Made by a program: the position numbers and the translations under genes. From the NCBI RefSeq assembly GCF_009914755.1, contig NC_060933.1: DNA of 64,000 nt. The stretch is one strand, 5' to 3'. Positions 15,264-26,147 of the stretch are shown one piece after another. The notes under the pieces are model-generated. The model worked only from the letters and a program-made list of their open reading frames with translations, was not told the DNA's origin and did not search any database. Source of the DNA: the human T2T-CHM13v2.0 reference genome, Homo sapiens. Each line of letters opens with the position of its first letter. The first letter of the stretch is position 1.

Positions 15264-15634
15264 TCTGCTGTTTAAAATCAGGATAACGATTATCCTTGTG
15301 GCAGAATGAGGTGGTAGTGATTGGAAAAGGGTACAAGGGGCCCCCAGCATGCTTCTGGTGCTGATAATGTTCTGTTTCTTGAACTGTGTGCTACATGGGT
15401 GTGTGTTTACTTTGTGACAATATGCTGTGCCACATATCATTGTGCACTTTTCTGTATGTCTGCTACAACTTATCAAAATGTTTGCTTAAAATAATACATG
15501 CCGAATCCTCACCCTCAAAGGGTGATGATTCGGATGCTGTAAGGTGGGTGGAGACCAGACAGTGACTATTTCAAAAATCTCCCCAGGTGATTCTAATGTG
15601 CAACCAACATAAAAATTACTAAATCTCTGGTAAG

Positions 15635-15850
15635 ACAGGACTGGATTTGAGTACTGGTTCTGTCAATTGCTGTGAATGTCACCTTAAGTAAGCAAGCCCA
15701 TCTCTGAGATTTGGTTTCCTCATCGTAAAGAAGACATACTGGCGCATACTCCACACATGTATTATTTGAGTTAAATGAGAGAGAATAGATTAAGTTCTTA
15801 GCATAATGCATGGTATCAAGAAAAAGTGTACAGTGAGTGTTAATTACTAT
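15635..15850 (+). mobile_element. MIR
   Basis: 'gctgtgaatgtcaccttaagtaagcaag...tttcctcatcgtaaa...gagttaaatgaga'. Confidence 0.6.
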
Positions 15851-17629
15851 ATTATATAATTTTGTTCAATATTGAGAGCAAGTATTTATAGTGTCTTACC
15901 CAGGCTTGCTTAATACTAAGGCCCATATTTTTATGTTTATTTCTGCATTTTGTACAATCTCAAGGACTCCAGGCCAATCCTTTCAAGGGACTTTGACCCT
16001 GTGAGCAAAGAAAAGAGGCCCTGTTCTTTCATCACAGGGTGTTGATTAGGTTTGATTTCATGTTCCATGGTTATTATTGATCTGGGGAATGATTGATGGT
16101 CACTGGTTGTCACTGTCTCATCTTTGCTATAATTGCATGAAATATTTGCTGGGGTTGAGCACCTCTTACTCAGATGCATTAACAATAATTTCCCCAAATG
16201 TGTTTCCTTAAAAGCGATTGAATTATTTCCAAAGGTCCTGTGCATCTCCTTTGCAGTGCAGGAAAAAGTGCGTCCATAAATTACTCAATTGACACAGATG
16301 GGGACCTGAATGGCAGAGCAGTTGGCTGCAAATTATTCTTCCCAGACACGTCCTGTCTGATGGCGGGGCTGGCAGAGGCTCTGGGGGTGCCACCCTGGTC
16401 ACGCACGAGCATGACTGGTAGTTTCTCTCAGAGGAGGAAGTGGACAGGCTGCTAATCCATGTCGGGGCTTTCGAGTTTGACAGCAATGACTAAGGCAACT
16501 TGAAATTAATTTCCCTGCTGTGATAGCTCTCTATTGCTTTGCCTATCTCTTCATGGCTGGAAAAAAGCTATGAAAGGATTCAGAGGAGAAAGAGCACCTG
16601 CTAATACTAACACAAAATTGGATACGAATTCTTGCTGCACCATTTACTGCTTGTGCACTGTTTTCTCTCTGACCCTCAGTTTCCTCCTCTCTAAAATGGG
16701 AACATGCTTGCAGGTTATGTATGTAAAGTCCCTGGCATGTGTGTAATAAAATTCTGTCTGTGGAGTCTGATGCAATGTAAATCACTGGTGCCAGAAGATT
16801 TTTTAGAGTTCTGTCTCTACTATTCCCAAACAACTTAGTTTTCCTAAACATCACTTATTTCCAAAATATATTATAGTCCCTTCAAATAAGGAAACCCCTT
16901 CAAAATGTTTTCTTTGTTGTTCTACTCAATGATAAAAAAAAGTGAGTGAATGAATAAGTTAATAGCTGAAATAGCCATAGAAGACCATTTTTAAATTTTT
17001 TTCTTAGTTAATAAATCAATTATGCTGATTTTATAAGTCAGTTTGAATTTTTAAAGTGTTTAATAGTGAAATATTTCCAGTTTACTTTAACAAGTACACT
17101 AGAATCAGACTAAAGATGAAATACCATGTATAAGCAAAAATTACATCATCCAGTGCCAATAGGCTATATCAAGGAAAAAGGGTAAGGCATTATGCTAAAG
17201 TTTCCATTTTCAATTGTTTGTGTAAAGTTTAAACCTTGGGGGTGATTATTAGATCAAGCATTATGCTAACAATTATGTGATTATTATCTAACATAATCTT
17301 TAAGAAGATCTATAAGCTATATATTATTATTCCTAGTTTACAGATGGAGAAATTAGGAAGGTCAAAAATGTTAAATAAATCCCCTAACTTCACAGTTAGT
17401 AAGCATAGAAATTCAAGCCCAAGTCTTCCTGAAGACAAAGTCAAGGCCATTTTCACTCTATTAGACTGACCTGGAGCCTTTAGCATGCTTGGTCAATATT
17501 CAGGAGGGACTAAATGAGAACAACAATAATTGCTGAAAATCTTTACATTTTGATATCATTAAGCAAGTGTAATTTGCCCATGAACTGACTTCTTCAATGG
17601 GCGCAAGTCCCTAACAGCAAGTTCAGGCA

Positions 17630-18080
17630 CTGATTTATTTAACAAAAATGTATTAATCACCTACTATGTGTCAAGGACTCTACTTGGCACTGGGGTAAAA
17701 TGTTGAGGAGCAGAAGCTCAGACCCTGCTCCCCTGAAGCTTCCATCCACACGTGGGGAAGAGAAAAAATAGAGATTAACTCAGGAATAGTATAAGATCAT
17801 AATTTGAAACTTTGACAAATGCTGTTAAGAAAGAAAATTGGGGAGATCTGATTTAGTTTCTGCGTGTGGGTTTGAAGGGGAGTATCAAGAAATATTTCCC
17901 CCAAGGATATGAAAGGAGTGATATTGTGGCTAAAATTTGCAGTGGAAGTTAAATATAACTAGACAAGGATTTGGAAAGAAGCCATTCTAGGCAGAAGTAA
18001 CAGTGCAAAGATCCTGAACGTCATGTATTTGCGGTAACAAAGTCATACTAGTGTAGCTGGAAAACAGAAAGGAAGGGGAA
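17630..18080 (-). mobile_element. L2 fragment (continues at about 19770-20420)
   Basis: 'atttatttaacaaaaatgtattaatcacctactatgtgtcaagg', the reverse-strand L2 3' end. Confidence 0.6.
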
Positions 18081-18082
18081 AC

Positions 18083-18633
18083 ACGACAGATTGTATTTTC
18101 AAAGACAGCCACAGCAATATCTCCCATCCCACATGCTCTCCCATAATACAGTGTTGCCCTCCCTCATTAAGAGATGGAGACTATTACCACACATCCCTAA
18201 AATCCCAGTTGGTCCCATGATTGATCTGACCAATTAAATATGATGGATATGGCCATGGACCATTTTAGGTGTAGCTCTTAACTAGCCTGGCAGCACATGC
18301 TTCTTGTCGCTTGGAAGCCAGCTTCCATGCAAGAAGTATGGCTCCCCTGAGAATATCACATGTTAGGACCCCAAAGAATGAGACATCATGGAGTGAAACG
18401 AAAGATAAAGCGCACTGAATTACCAGACATGCCTTCACCCATGACCAAGAAGAAACCACGGTGGAAGTTCATCCTCCAGGTTCAGCTGGCACAGCTGATA
18501 CCAGATGGCTCAGAGAGAAGCCACCTAGCTGACCTCTTCTTAAATTCTTGACATCAAAATTATGAGCAAAATGAGTATTTTAAGCCACTACATTTTGGGA
18601 TGATTGGTTTTGCAGCAGTAGATACCTAGACCA
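18083..18633 (+). mobile_element. MLT1-family solo LTR
   Basis: 'tgtattttcaaagacagccacagcaatatctcccatcccacatgctc...ttttaagccactacattttggga...gcagcagtagata'. Confidence 0.7.
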
Positions 18634-18637
18634 TACA

Positions 18638-19408
18638 TGTGTTTATAAATAATGACAACCCAAATGAGAAGAGGCAGGGGTTCTTTATTCAGAACCTTCT
18701 ATAGCAAGGAAGTCAGTCAACATCACTAGTGTTTGACAGACTCAAAAGCAGGCAGGGGAGTGGGAGAGGCTTATAGTGGAAAAAATGAAGGGTTCAGGTG
18801 CTCTGAGTGGAGGTTGTTGGCTCAAAAAGGTAGAAACAGGCATCCTATATGACTGGTTTATGAAGAGTGCTTGACTTTCTACGGTTGGTCTTGACTTAGA
18901 AGTTGGGGCAAAAATTAAGGAAGTGGCAAGGATTAACCAAATCCTGACCATTTGGGGCTGATTGCTGCAGAGGTTGTGGGTCAGAGTTTTACCGCTGATA
19001 TGGTTTGGCTTTGTCCCCACCCAAATCTCATCTGGAATTTTAGCTCCCATAATTCTCATGTGTTGTGGGAGTGGCCTGGTGGGAGATTATTGAATCATGG
19101 GGCGGTTTCACCCCATAGAGTTCTTGTGGTAGTAAATAAGTCTCATGAGATCTGATGGTTTTATAAGATGTTTCTTCTTTAGTTTGGCTCTCATTCTCTC
19201 TCTTGCCTGCCACCATGCAAGACATGCCTTTTGCCTTCCGCCATGATTGTGAGGCCTCTCCAGCCACATGGAACTGTGAGTCCATTAAACCTCTTTTTCT
19301 TTATAAATTACCCAGTCTTGGGTATGTCTTTATCAGCAGCATGAAAATGGACTAATACAACTGCCAAATGCGGTCTGGCCATTTTCCATTTATATATTCA
19401 ATATCTCA
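18638..19408. mobile_element. Probable ERV solo LTR (family not resolved), interrupted by THE1C
   Basis: TG...CA ends; LTR-like text 'ttctttattcagaacc...tatagcaaggaagtcagtc...gaagttggggcaaaaattaagg' resumes after the THE1 LTR. Confidence 0.4.
18996..19359 (+). mobile_element. THE1C solo LTR
   Basis: TGATATGGTTTGGCT...GGACTAATACA, 364 bp, 5-bp TSD accgc/actgc; 'ttggctctcattctctc' is typical of THE1C. Confidence 0.9.
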
Positions 19409-20608
19409 GGCAGCATGGGGCAGGGTGAGGCTGCAGGGGTAGACAAGAAGCAAATATCACTTCCTTAAGAATTTTAGGCTTCATTAGGAATATTGTTCCA
19501 GATGTACCAATTGGAGTTGACTTTGTGTTTGGCATACAGACACCTATGTGCAAAAGTGGTTAAGAAGAGAGCACGCAAAACATGGTATTCAGGAACCATG
19601 ATGCTGATTACCTAGAAACGAATTAGTGAGGTGGTCGGGACTGGGGAGATCCAAGAAGAAGCGGGATGTGTCTGAGCCAAGCAAGCAACATGGGATCCAG
19701 AAATGAAGAACAATGTATGACCCAAGCAAATGTCATCAAAGAAGGGCACCAGGCCCTAGGCTTGGGCCTGTTAATTTATTCATTTGACAAATGCTAAATT
19801 GACCACCTTTTATGCAGGTAGGGAACTTTTCTAGTACTGGAGACAAAGTGTAAAACAGAACAAACCAAGTCCCTCCTCTCATGAAGACTATAATTTAGTG
19901 GTGAGGAGATAGATAATAAATATGTAACAAATCAATAACAAGTTAACTATGAAGAAAATAAATTGTGAATCTGGATAAAGAGTGACTGGAGGGTGGGGTG
20001 GCAGCTGTGGATTAATTTAGAAAGGGTAATCCAGGAAGACCTTCCAAGGAGATGGCACTAAATGGTGAGAAAGAGCCATGGATGCTAAGGTCTAGGGGAA
20101 GACCCAGGGAAGGAGCACCCCAGGCAGACAAAACAGCAGTGCAAAAGTCGTGAGGCTAAAAGAATCTGGGTATATTTAAGGGCCTGAAAATAAAGCTGTT
20201 GTATCCTGAGAATTGTGAGCCAGAAGTCAATAAATACAAAATGAGGTTAGGCAAGGGACAGATTGTAGTGGGCATTATAGTCCACTGCAAGGAGTCTGGA
20301 TTTTATTTAAATACTATGGAAGGCCATTGGAGAGCTTTATGCTTGGGAATAGAATGAGATTAAGGAAAGTGATTAGATCTAACTTACATTTTTAAAAGCT
20401 CACTTTCCTGGGCTTCTAAGAATAATCATTAGAACGTGCTATAATGGTTGTGAAATTTAGAGAAGACCATAGATTATGACAAGAGAACAGACAGGACATA
20501 ATCCTAGAGGTAGTGAGGCACTACAGATATTGTCAAAGCAAGGGAAGATGGTTCCCCAGTTTCTAGACATAGGACACAGGTGTTAGAGGAGAAATTTAAA
20601 GACCCAGT

Positions 20609-20902
20609 GGCCAGACACTGTGGCTCACACCTGTAATCCCAGCACTTTGGGAGGCTAAGGTGGGAGGATTGTTTGAGGCCAGAAGTTGGAGACCAGCATG
20701 GAAAATGTAGTGAGACTCCCATCTCAACTAAAAAATTAAAAATAACTGAGCATGGTGGCACATGTCTATAGCCCTAGCTACTGGGGCAGCTGATGCAGGA
20801 AGATCCCTTGAGCCCAGGAAATAAAGGCTGCAGTGAGCTATGACCATGCCACTGCACTCCAGCCTGGGTGACAGAGCAAGACTCTGTCATAAAAAAAAAA
20901 AA
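20609..20902 (+). mobile_element. AluJ
   Basis: 'gggaggattgtttgaggccagaagtt' and 'aggctgcagtgagctatga' are AluJ diagnostics. Confidence 0.9.
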
Positions 20903-20959
20903 GATCCACCTATCAAACCACAGCCTAAATTCAAAGTAACTCTCAATTATATCATTAGA

Positions 20960-21190
20960 AACATAGCTATTATTTATTCAATAGACTATGTACCAGAAAA
21001 TGAAATATGCGCCTTGTTTAATCTTCGCAGCCATTTTGTGAGGTTAATACTATTATCTCCATTTTACAGATGAGGAAACTGAAGCTCAGAGAGTTAAAAA
21101 GACATGTTCAAGTTTTCACAGTTTGTAAATTGCTGTGCTGAGATGCAGACACAACTTCTGCAGCTAGTACTGTTAACCACTACACATATT
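20960..21190 (-). mobile_element. MIR
   Basis: 'tattatctccattttacagatgaggaaactgaagctcagagag'. Confidence 0.75.
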
Positions 21191-21914
21191 ACTTTCCCAA
21201 GCAAGGTAGGCTTTGATATTTAGTCACCTGAATATCGAAAGCAGCTTCAGTAAGTGCCGCTAGTCATGACTAAGGCCATGCTCTGCCCTCAAACCTGGGA
21301 AAGGTCCACGGTGTTGGTCAGAAGACTCAGTTATAAAGGGAGGATGAATGTGGTGGCCAGGAATTGGGCAGGTCCCAACTATCAGGCTCTTGTCTAACTT
21401 AAAAAATCATCACCAACAATACATAAAGAACCCAAATTTGGAAACGATTGAATTTCTCAGCTGCAGCCATTGCCTGTCTGTAGCCCCCGCGTGTGCACAT
21501 GCATACAGATATGCACATATCCGCCTCTGCATATGCCCAGAGATAGGTACGGCACGTGTGCATTCTTTTCAGTTTTGCAGAAGCAGCAGATGGATAATTG
21601 CAGCCCCTAAGTGCCTAATCTGCTCTCCGGGACACGGGCAGATTTCTGAGCCAACAAACTTAATTGAACTTTCTATTCCAGCTGGAAAAGGTTACAGAGT
21701 TGCTGCGCACACAGCACAGGCAGAATGAAAAGGTCAGCAGCTCAGTCCTCTTTGTGATGGATTGACCAAAGGCATATTGTTTTCTTTTTCTTTCTTTCTT
21801 TTTTTATTTTTTTCTATTTTTTTAAAAATATTTCTCACAACCACTGGATTGTGAAACTTAATTAGCCACGTGGTGTTTCCCTTCCCCAGCGTTTAATAAT
21901 GTTCATCGTATGCT

Positions 21915-21935
21915 GGCACTGTCCATGGTCCTAAG
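21915..21935 (-). promoter_or_regulatory. Candidate REST/NRSF RE1 element
   Basis: Minus strand CTTAGGACCATGGACAGTGCC versus RE1 consensus TTCAGCACCATGGACAGCGCC: 17/21 identical, canonical half-site spacing. Confidence 0.55.
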
Positions 21936-22034
21936 AAAGGTTCTTAAGCCTGTATTTGAGAGAAGGCAAAGCATTTATTTAAAGATAAGTACCTGGTCTT
22001 TTAAAAGCTCCTTAAACACATGCTTAAAGATCCT

Positions 22035-22225
22035 CTACAGCATCTCAAACTTTAGCATGTGCAAGAATTACTCTGAAAGCTTTTGAAAACACAGATTCCT
22101 GGGCCCATCTCCCACAGATTCTGAATCGGATCAGGGGAGAGCCTGAGAATTTGCATTTTTAATAAGCTCTGAGATGATGCTGATGCTGCTGGTTCCAGCA
22201 CCAGATGCTGAGCACTCCTGCTGTA
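22035..22225. mobile_element. MER5A
   Basis: 'tctcaaactttagcatgtgcaagaatta...cagattcctgggccc...gcctgagaatttgcattttt...gatgctgatgctgctggtt'. Confidence 0.8.
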
Positions 22226-22333
22226 CAATCCTATCTCAACAGAACCTTCTGGCCTTTTGTATCATTAAGTGAATTAGTAATGGCATTGTATCCCAAAAGA
22301 TGGAAGAGAAGAGAGCCTGTCCGAATAAATGTG

Positions 22334-22870
22334 TGCTGGTTAGACCACTCAGAAAAATGAGGTTCAATTCTGAGTGCTACATTTTAAGAAGCCCATTGGA
22401 AGTTGGAATCTATCCATAGATACATGACACAGAGGCAATGAGGTGACACTGAAGCCAGACTTAAACAATGGGTAGAATTTGAACATGTGTTCTGGGGGCA
22501 GGTGGAGGATGCATTGAATTCTACAAAATACTAAATAACTTTTTAGCTGAAAAGGGCAGAAATTTTGAGAAACATGATTTCTGTCATCAAATACCTGCAA
22601 CGCTATTATGCAGAATAGGGATTAACTTTTGTCACTGCAGCTTGAGGACAAAACCAGAAATCTGGGGGAGAGGAGAGGTAAATTTTCGTTCAATATAAGG
22701 AAGCAATATAAGAAAGTAGTTTATAATAACTAAAGTAGGAATTGACTATGGCATGAGGGCGTTAGCTCCCTGCCATTGGTAATATCCAATCAGAGATTGG
22801 GGAACCACTTACTGGGAATTGAGGCATTACATAGAAAGTTGGACTAAACAGTTAATTTCTCCCATAGTAT
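22334..22870 (+). mobile_element. CR1/L3 fragments
   Basis: 'gtgctggttagaccac...gttcaattctgagtgctacattttaagaag' and 'ttcaatataaggaag...gagctccctgccattgg'. Confidence 0.55.
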
Positions 22871-23594
22871 TCTACACACAATTAGTGTTCAATAAATGTC
22901 CAAATAATATATCTCTCGATTTGCTGGTCTTACTTCCTATAGGATTTCTCAAATGAGTCCCTCATGACCTGTTACTTGGATTCTTGCAGTAACTTTTGAT
23001 ATGGTTTCCTTGCTTCCAGTTTTGCCTGCCATTAAATTCATCCTTTACATAGCCACCAGATAATCTATTAAAATGCAAATATCCATGTCATTCTGTGGAC
23101 AAATTCATCTTCTGCTTAATACCCTTAGCTGTTTGGATAAATTCATTTTCTGCTAAATACCCTTAACTGTTTTTCCATTGTCTATAAAATAATTGTCACC
23201 TTTCCTCACATGACATACAGGGCCTGTGTGACTTAGACACCATTCATCTGTCAGGTCTCAATTCTTGCTACTCTTTTCCTCCAGGAAAAGAAGCTGACTT
23301 GGATTTCCTCTTATACACAGTCTGTTGCAAGTCTCTCTGCTTTTGCTTAGCATATAATTGTCTACCTGGAATGTCTTTGCCTTTTCTTCTTCACACAGCT
23401 AACTCTTACCTACTTCTCAAGACTTAGTTCAGGAGACGTCTTGATATGGTTTGGCTCTGTGTCCCCACCAAACTTCATGTTGAAGTGTAATTCCCAATGT
23501 TGGGGGAGTGAACTGGTGGGAGGTGATTGGATCATGGCAGTGGATTTCCCATTTGCTGTTCTCATGAGAGTGAGTTCTCACAAGATCTGATGGG

Positions 23595-25045
23595 TTTTTT
23601 AATTTTTATTATACTTTAAGTTTTAGAGTACATGTGCACAACATGCAGGTTTGTTACATATATATACATGTGCCATGTTGGTGTGCTGCACCAATTAACT
23701 CATCATTTAACATTAAGTATATGTCCTAATGCTATCCCTCCCCCCTCCCCCCACCCCACAACAGGCCCTGGTGTGTGATGTTCCCCTTCCTCTGCCCATG
23801 TGTTCTCATTGTTCAATTCCCACCTATGAGTGAGAACATGCAGTGTTTGGCTTTTTGTCCTTGTGATAGTTTGCTGAGAATGATGGTTTCCAGCTTCATC
23901 CATGTCCCTACAAAGGAAATGAACTCATAATTTTTTATGGCTGCTTAGTATTCCATGGTGTATATGTGCCACATTTTCTTAATCCAGTCTATCCTTGTTG
24001 GACATTTGGGTTGGTTCCAAGTCTTTGCTATTGTGAATAGTGCTGCAATAAACATACGTGTGCATGTGTCTTTATAGCAGCATGATTTATAATCCTTTGG
24101 GTATATACCCAGTAATGGGATGGCTGGGTCAAATGGTATTTCTAGTTCTCGATCCCTGAGGAATTGCCACACTGACTTCCACAATGGTTGAACTAGTTTA
24201 CAGTCCCACCAACAGTGTAAAAGTGTTCCTATTTCTCCACATCCTCTCCAGCACCTGTTGTTTCCTGACTTTTTAATGATTGCCATTCTAACTGGTATGA
24301 GATGGTATCTCATTGTGGTTTTGATTTGCATTTCTCTGTGATGATGAGCATTTTTTCATGTGTCTTTTGGCTGCATAAATGTCTTCTTTTGAGAAGCGTC
24401 TGTTCATATCCTTCGCCCACTTTTTGATGGGGTTGTTTGTTTTTTTCTTGTAAATTTGTTTCAGTTCATTGTAGATTCTGAATATTAGCCCTTTGTCAGA
24501 TGAGCAGATGGCAAAATTTTTTTCCCATTCTGTAGGTTGCCTGTTCACTCTGATGGTAGTTTATTTTGCTGTGCAGAAGCTCTTTAGTTTAATTAGATTC
24601 CATTTGTCAATTTTGGCTTTTGTTGCCATTGCTTTTGATGTTTTAGACATGAAGTCCTTTCCCATGCCTATGCCCTGAATGGTATTGCCTAGGTTTTCTT
24701 CTAGGGTTTTTATGGTTTTAGGTCTAACATTTAAGTCTTTAATCCATCTTGATTTAATTTTTGTATAAGGTGTAAGGAAGGGATCCACTTTCAGCTTTCT
24801 ACATATGGCTAGCCAGTTTTCCCAGCATCATTTATTAAATAGGGAATCCTTTCCTCATTTCTTGTTTTTGTCAGGTTTGTCAAAGATCAGATAGTTGTAG
24901 ATATGCGGCATTATTTCTGAGGGCTCTGTTCTATTCCATTGGTCTGTATCTCTGTTTTGGTACCAGTACCATGCTGTTTCAGTACCAGTACCATGCTGTT
25001 TCGGTTACTGTAGCCTTGTAGTACAGTTTGAAGTCAGGTAGTGTG
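23595..25045 (-). mobile_element. 5'-truncated L1PA (PA5-like), about 1.45 kb
   Basis: 3'UTR 'catcatttaacatta' and ORF2 C-terminal peptides ([11 protein letters not shown]...[11 protein letters not shown]); internal 22-bp-period duplication at 24960-25002. Confidence 0.93.
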
Positions 25046-25233
25046 TGGCTGTGGCACTTCCCCCTTCACTCTCTTTCCTGATTCATCATGTTAAGATGTG
25101 CTTGCTTTCCCTTTGCCTTCTGCCATGATTGCGAGCTTCTTGAGGCCTCCCAGCCATGCTTCCTATAACAGCCTGCAGAACTGCCAGTCAATTAAACCTC
25201 TTTTCTTCATAAATTACCCAGTCTCAGGTAGTT

Positions 25234-25561
<328 letters not shown>

Positions 25562-25829
25562 TCAGGTAGTTCTTTATAGCAACATAAGAAAAGACTAATA
25601 CATGTCTCTTAGAGGAAGCCCTTCCAAATACCTCAGGCTGGGATCAGAATGAAGAAGCATGCAGCCTGTTATTCAGAGGTGAGTTAATTTGCTCTGATAA
25701 TTATCATATTAAGGTGGAGGGAAAAGTTCTCAACTACAGAATGAGGAAATACGTTCCTACAAAAATACAATGGAATCTCAAGGTGTGATTATGTTTGTTT
25801 GTTTGTTTGTTTTGTAAGTGTCACTTGAT

Positions 25830-26147
25830 AAAGTGGCTGTAAATATAAATGCCTATGGGGAACAAGGTAAACCTGGCCAGATGGAGACTATGGAAATTAC
25901 AGAGGGAATGGCCATCCCAAAGTCTGTCTTTTCTGCACTCTGCTGTGTTGTTACCATACATATAGGAATGTGAGTGAGCCCAGTATTTCTAGATTTTATC
26001 TTTCAAGAGAATACAAAATCCAGATTTTTATAGAAAACCTCATAATTTCAAAATGTTTTTAAAGTATTTGTTTTTCAACACTGCATGATTCAGATACAAT
26101 ATCAGCAGGGAAGGTATGGCTCATAGATTGCTATTTTGCAACCTCTC
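25830..26147. mobile_element. hAT-Charlie MITE (MER103-like)
   Basis: 'aaatataaatgcct...cccagtatttctagattt...tcaagagaa...aaatccagatttttat...tttgcaacctct'. Confidence 0.5.

Larger units (their letters stand above)
14360..15490 (+). mobile_element. L1ME/L1MD-type 3' fragment interrupted at 14720-15263
   Basis: 'gtgacccagcgattccaatcct...tgtatgacttcatttatataaagttcagaaacagg' resumes as 'tcaggataacgattatcctt...ggtgctgataatgttctgtttcttga...tactttgtga'. Confidence 0.7.
14293..15628. mobile_element. MER5A (hAT-Charlie MITE) split by a nested L1ME-type insertion
   Basis: Left part 'tttttcaaccctcactgtgcattagaattacctggga' and right part 'ctccccaggtgattctaatgtgcaacc'. Decayed TSD aaaagaacacatgcc (14341-14355) / aaaataatacatgcc (15488-15502). 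Confidence 0.6.

Noticed and set aside
19254-19268. PRDM9 hotspot 13-mer in the THE1 LTR
   Set aside because: Reads CCTCTCCAGCCAC, which does not fit CCNCCNTNNCCNC.
21296-21320. Second RE1-like site (gtccacggtgttg), and a half-site near 60709
   Set aside because: The GGACAG half or the spacing is broken; too degenerate to call.
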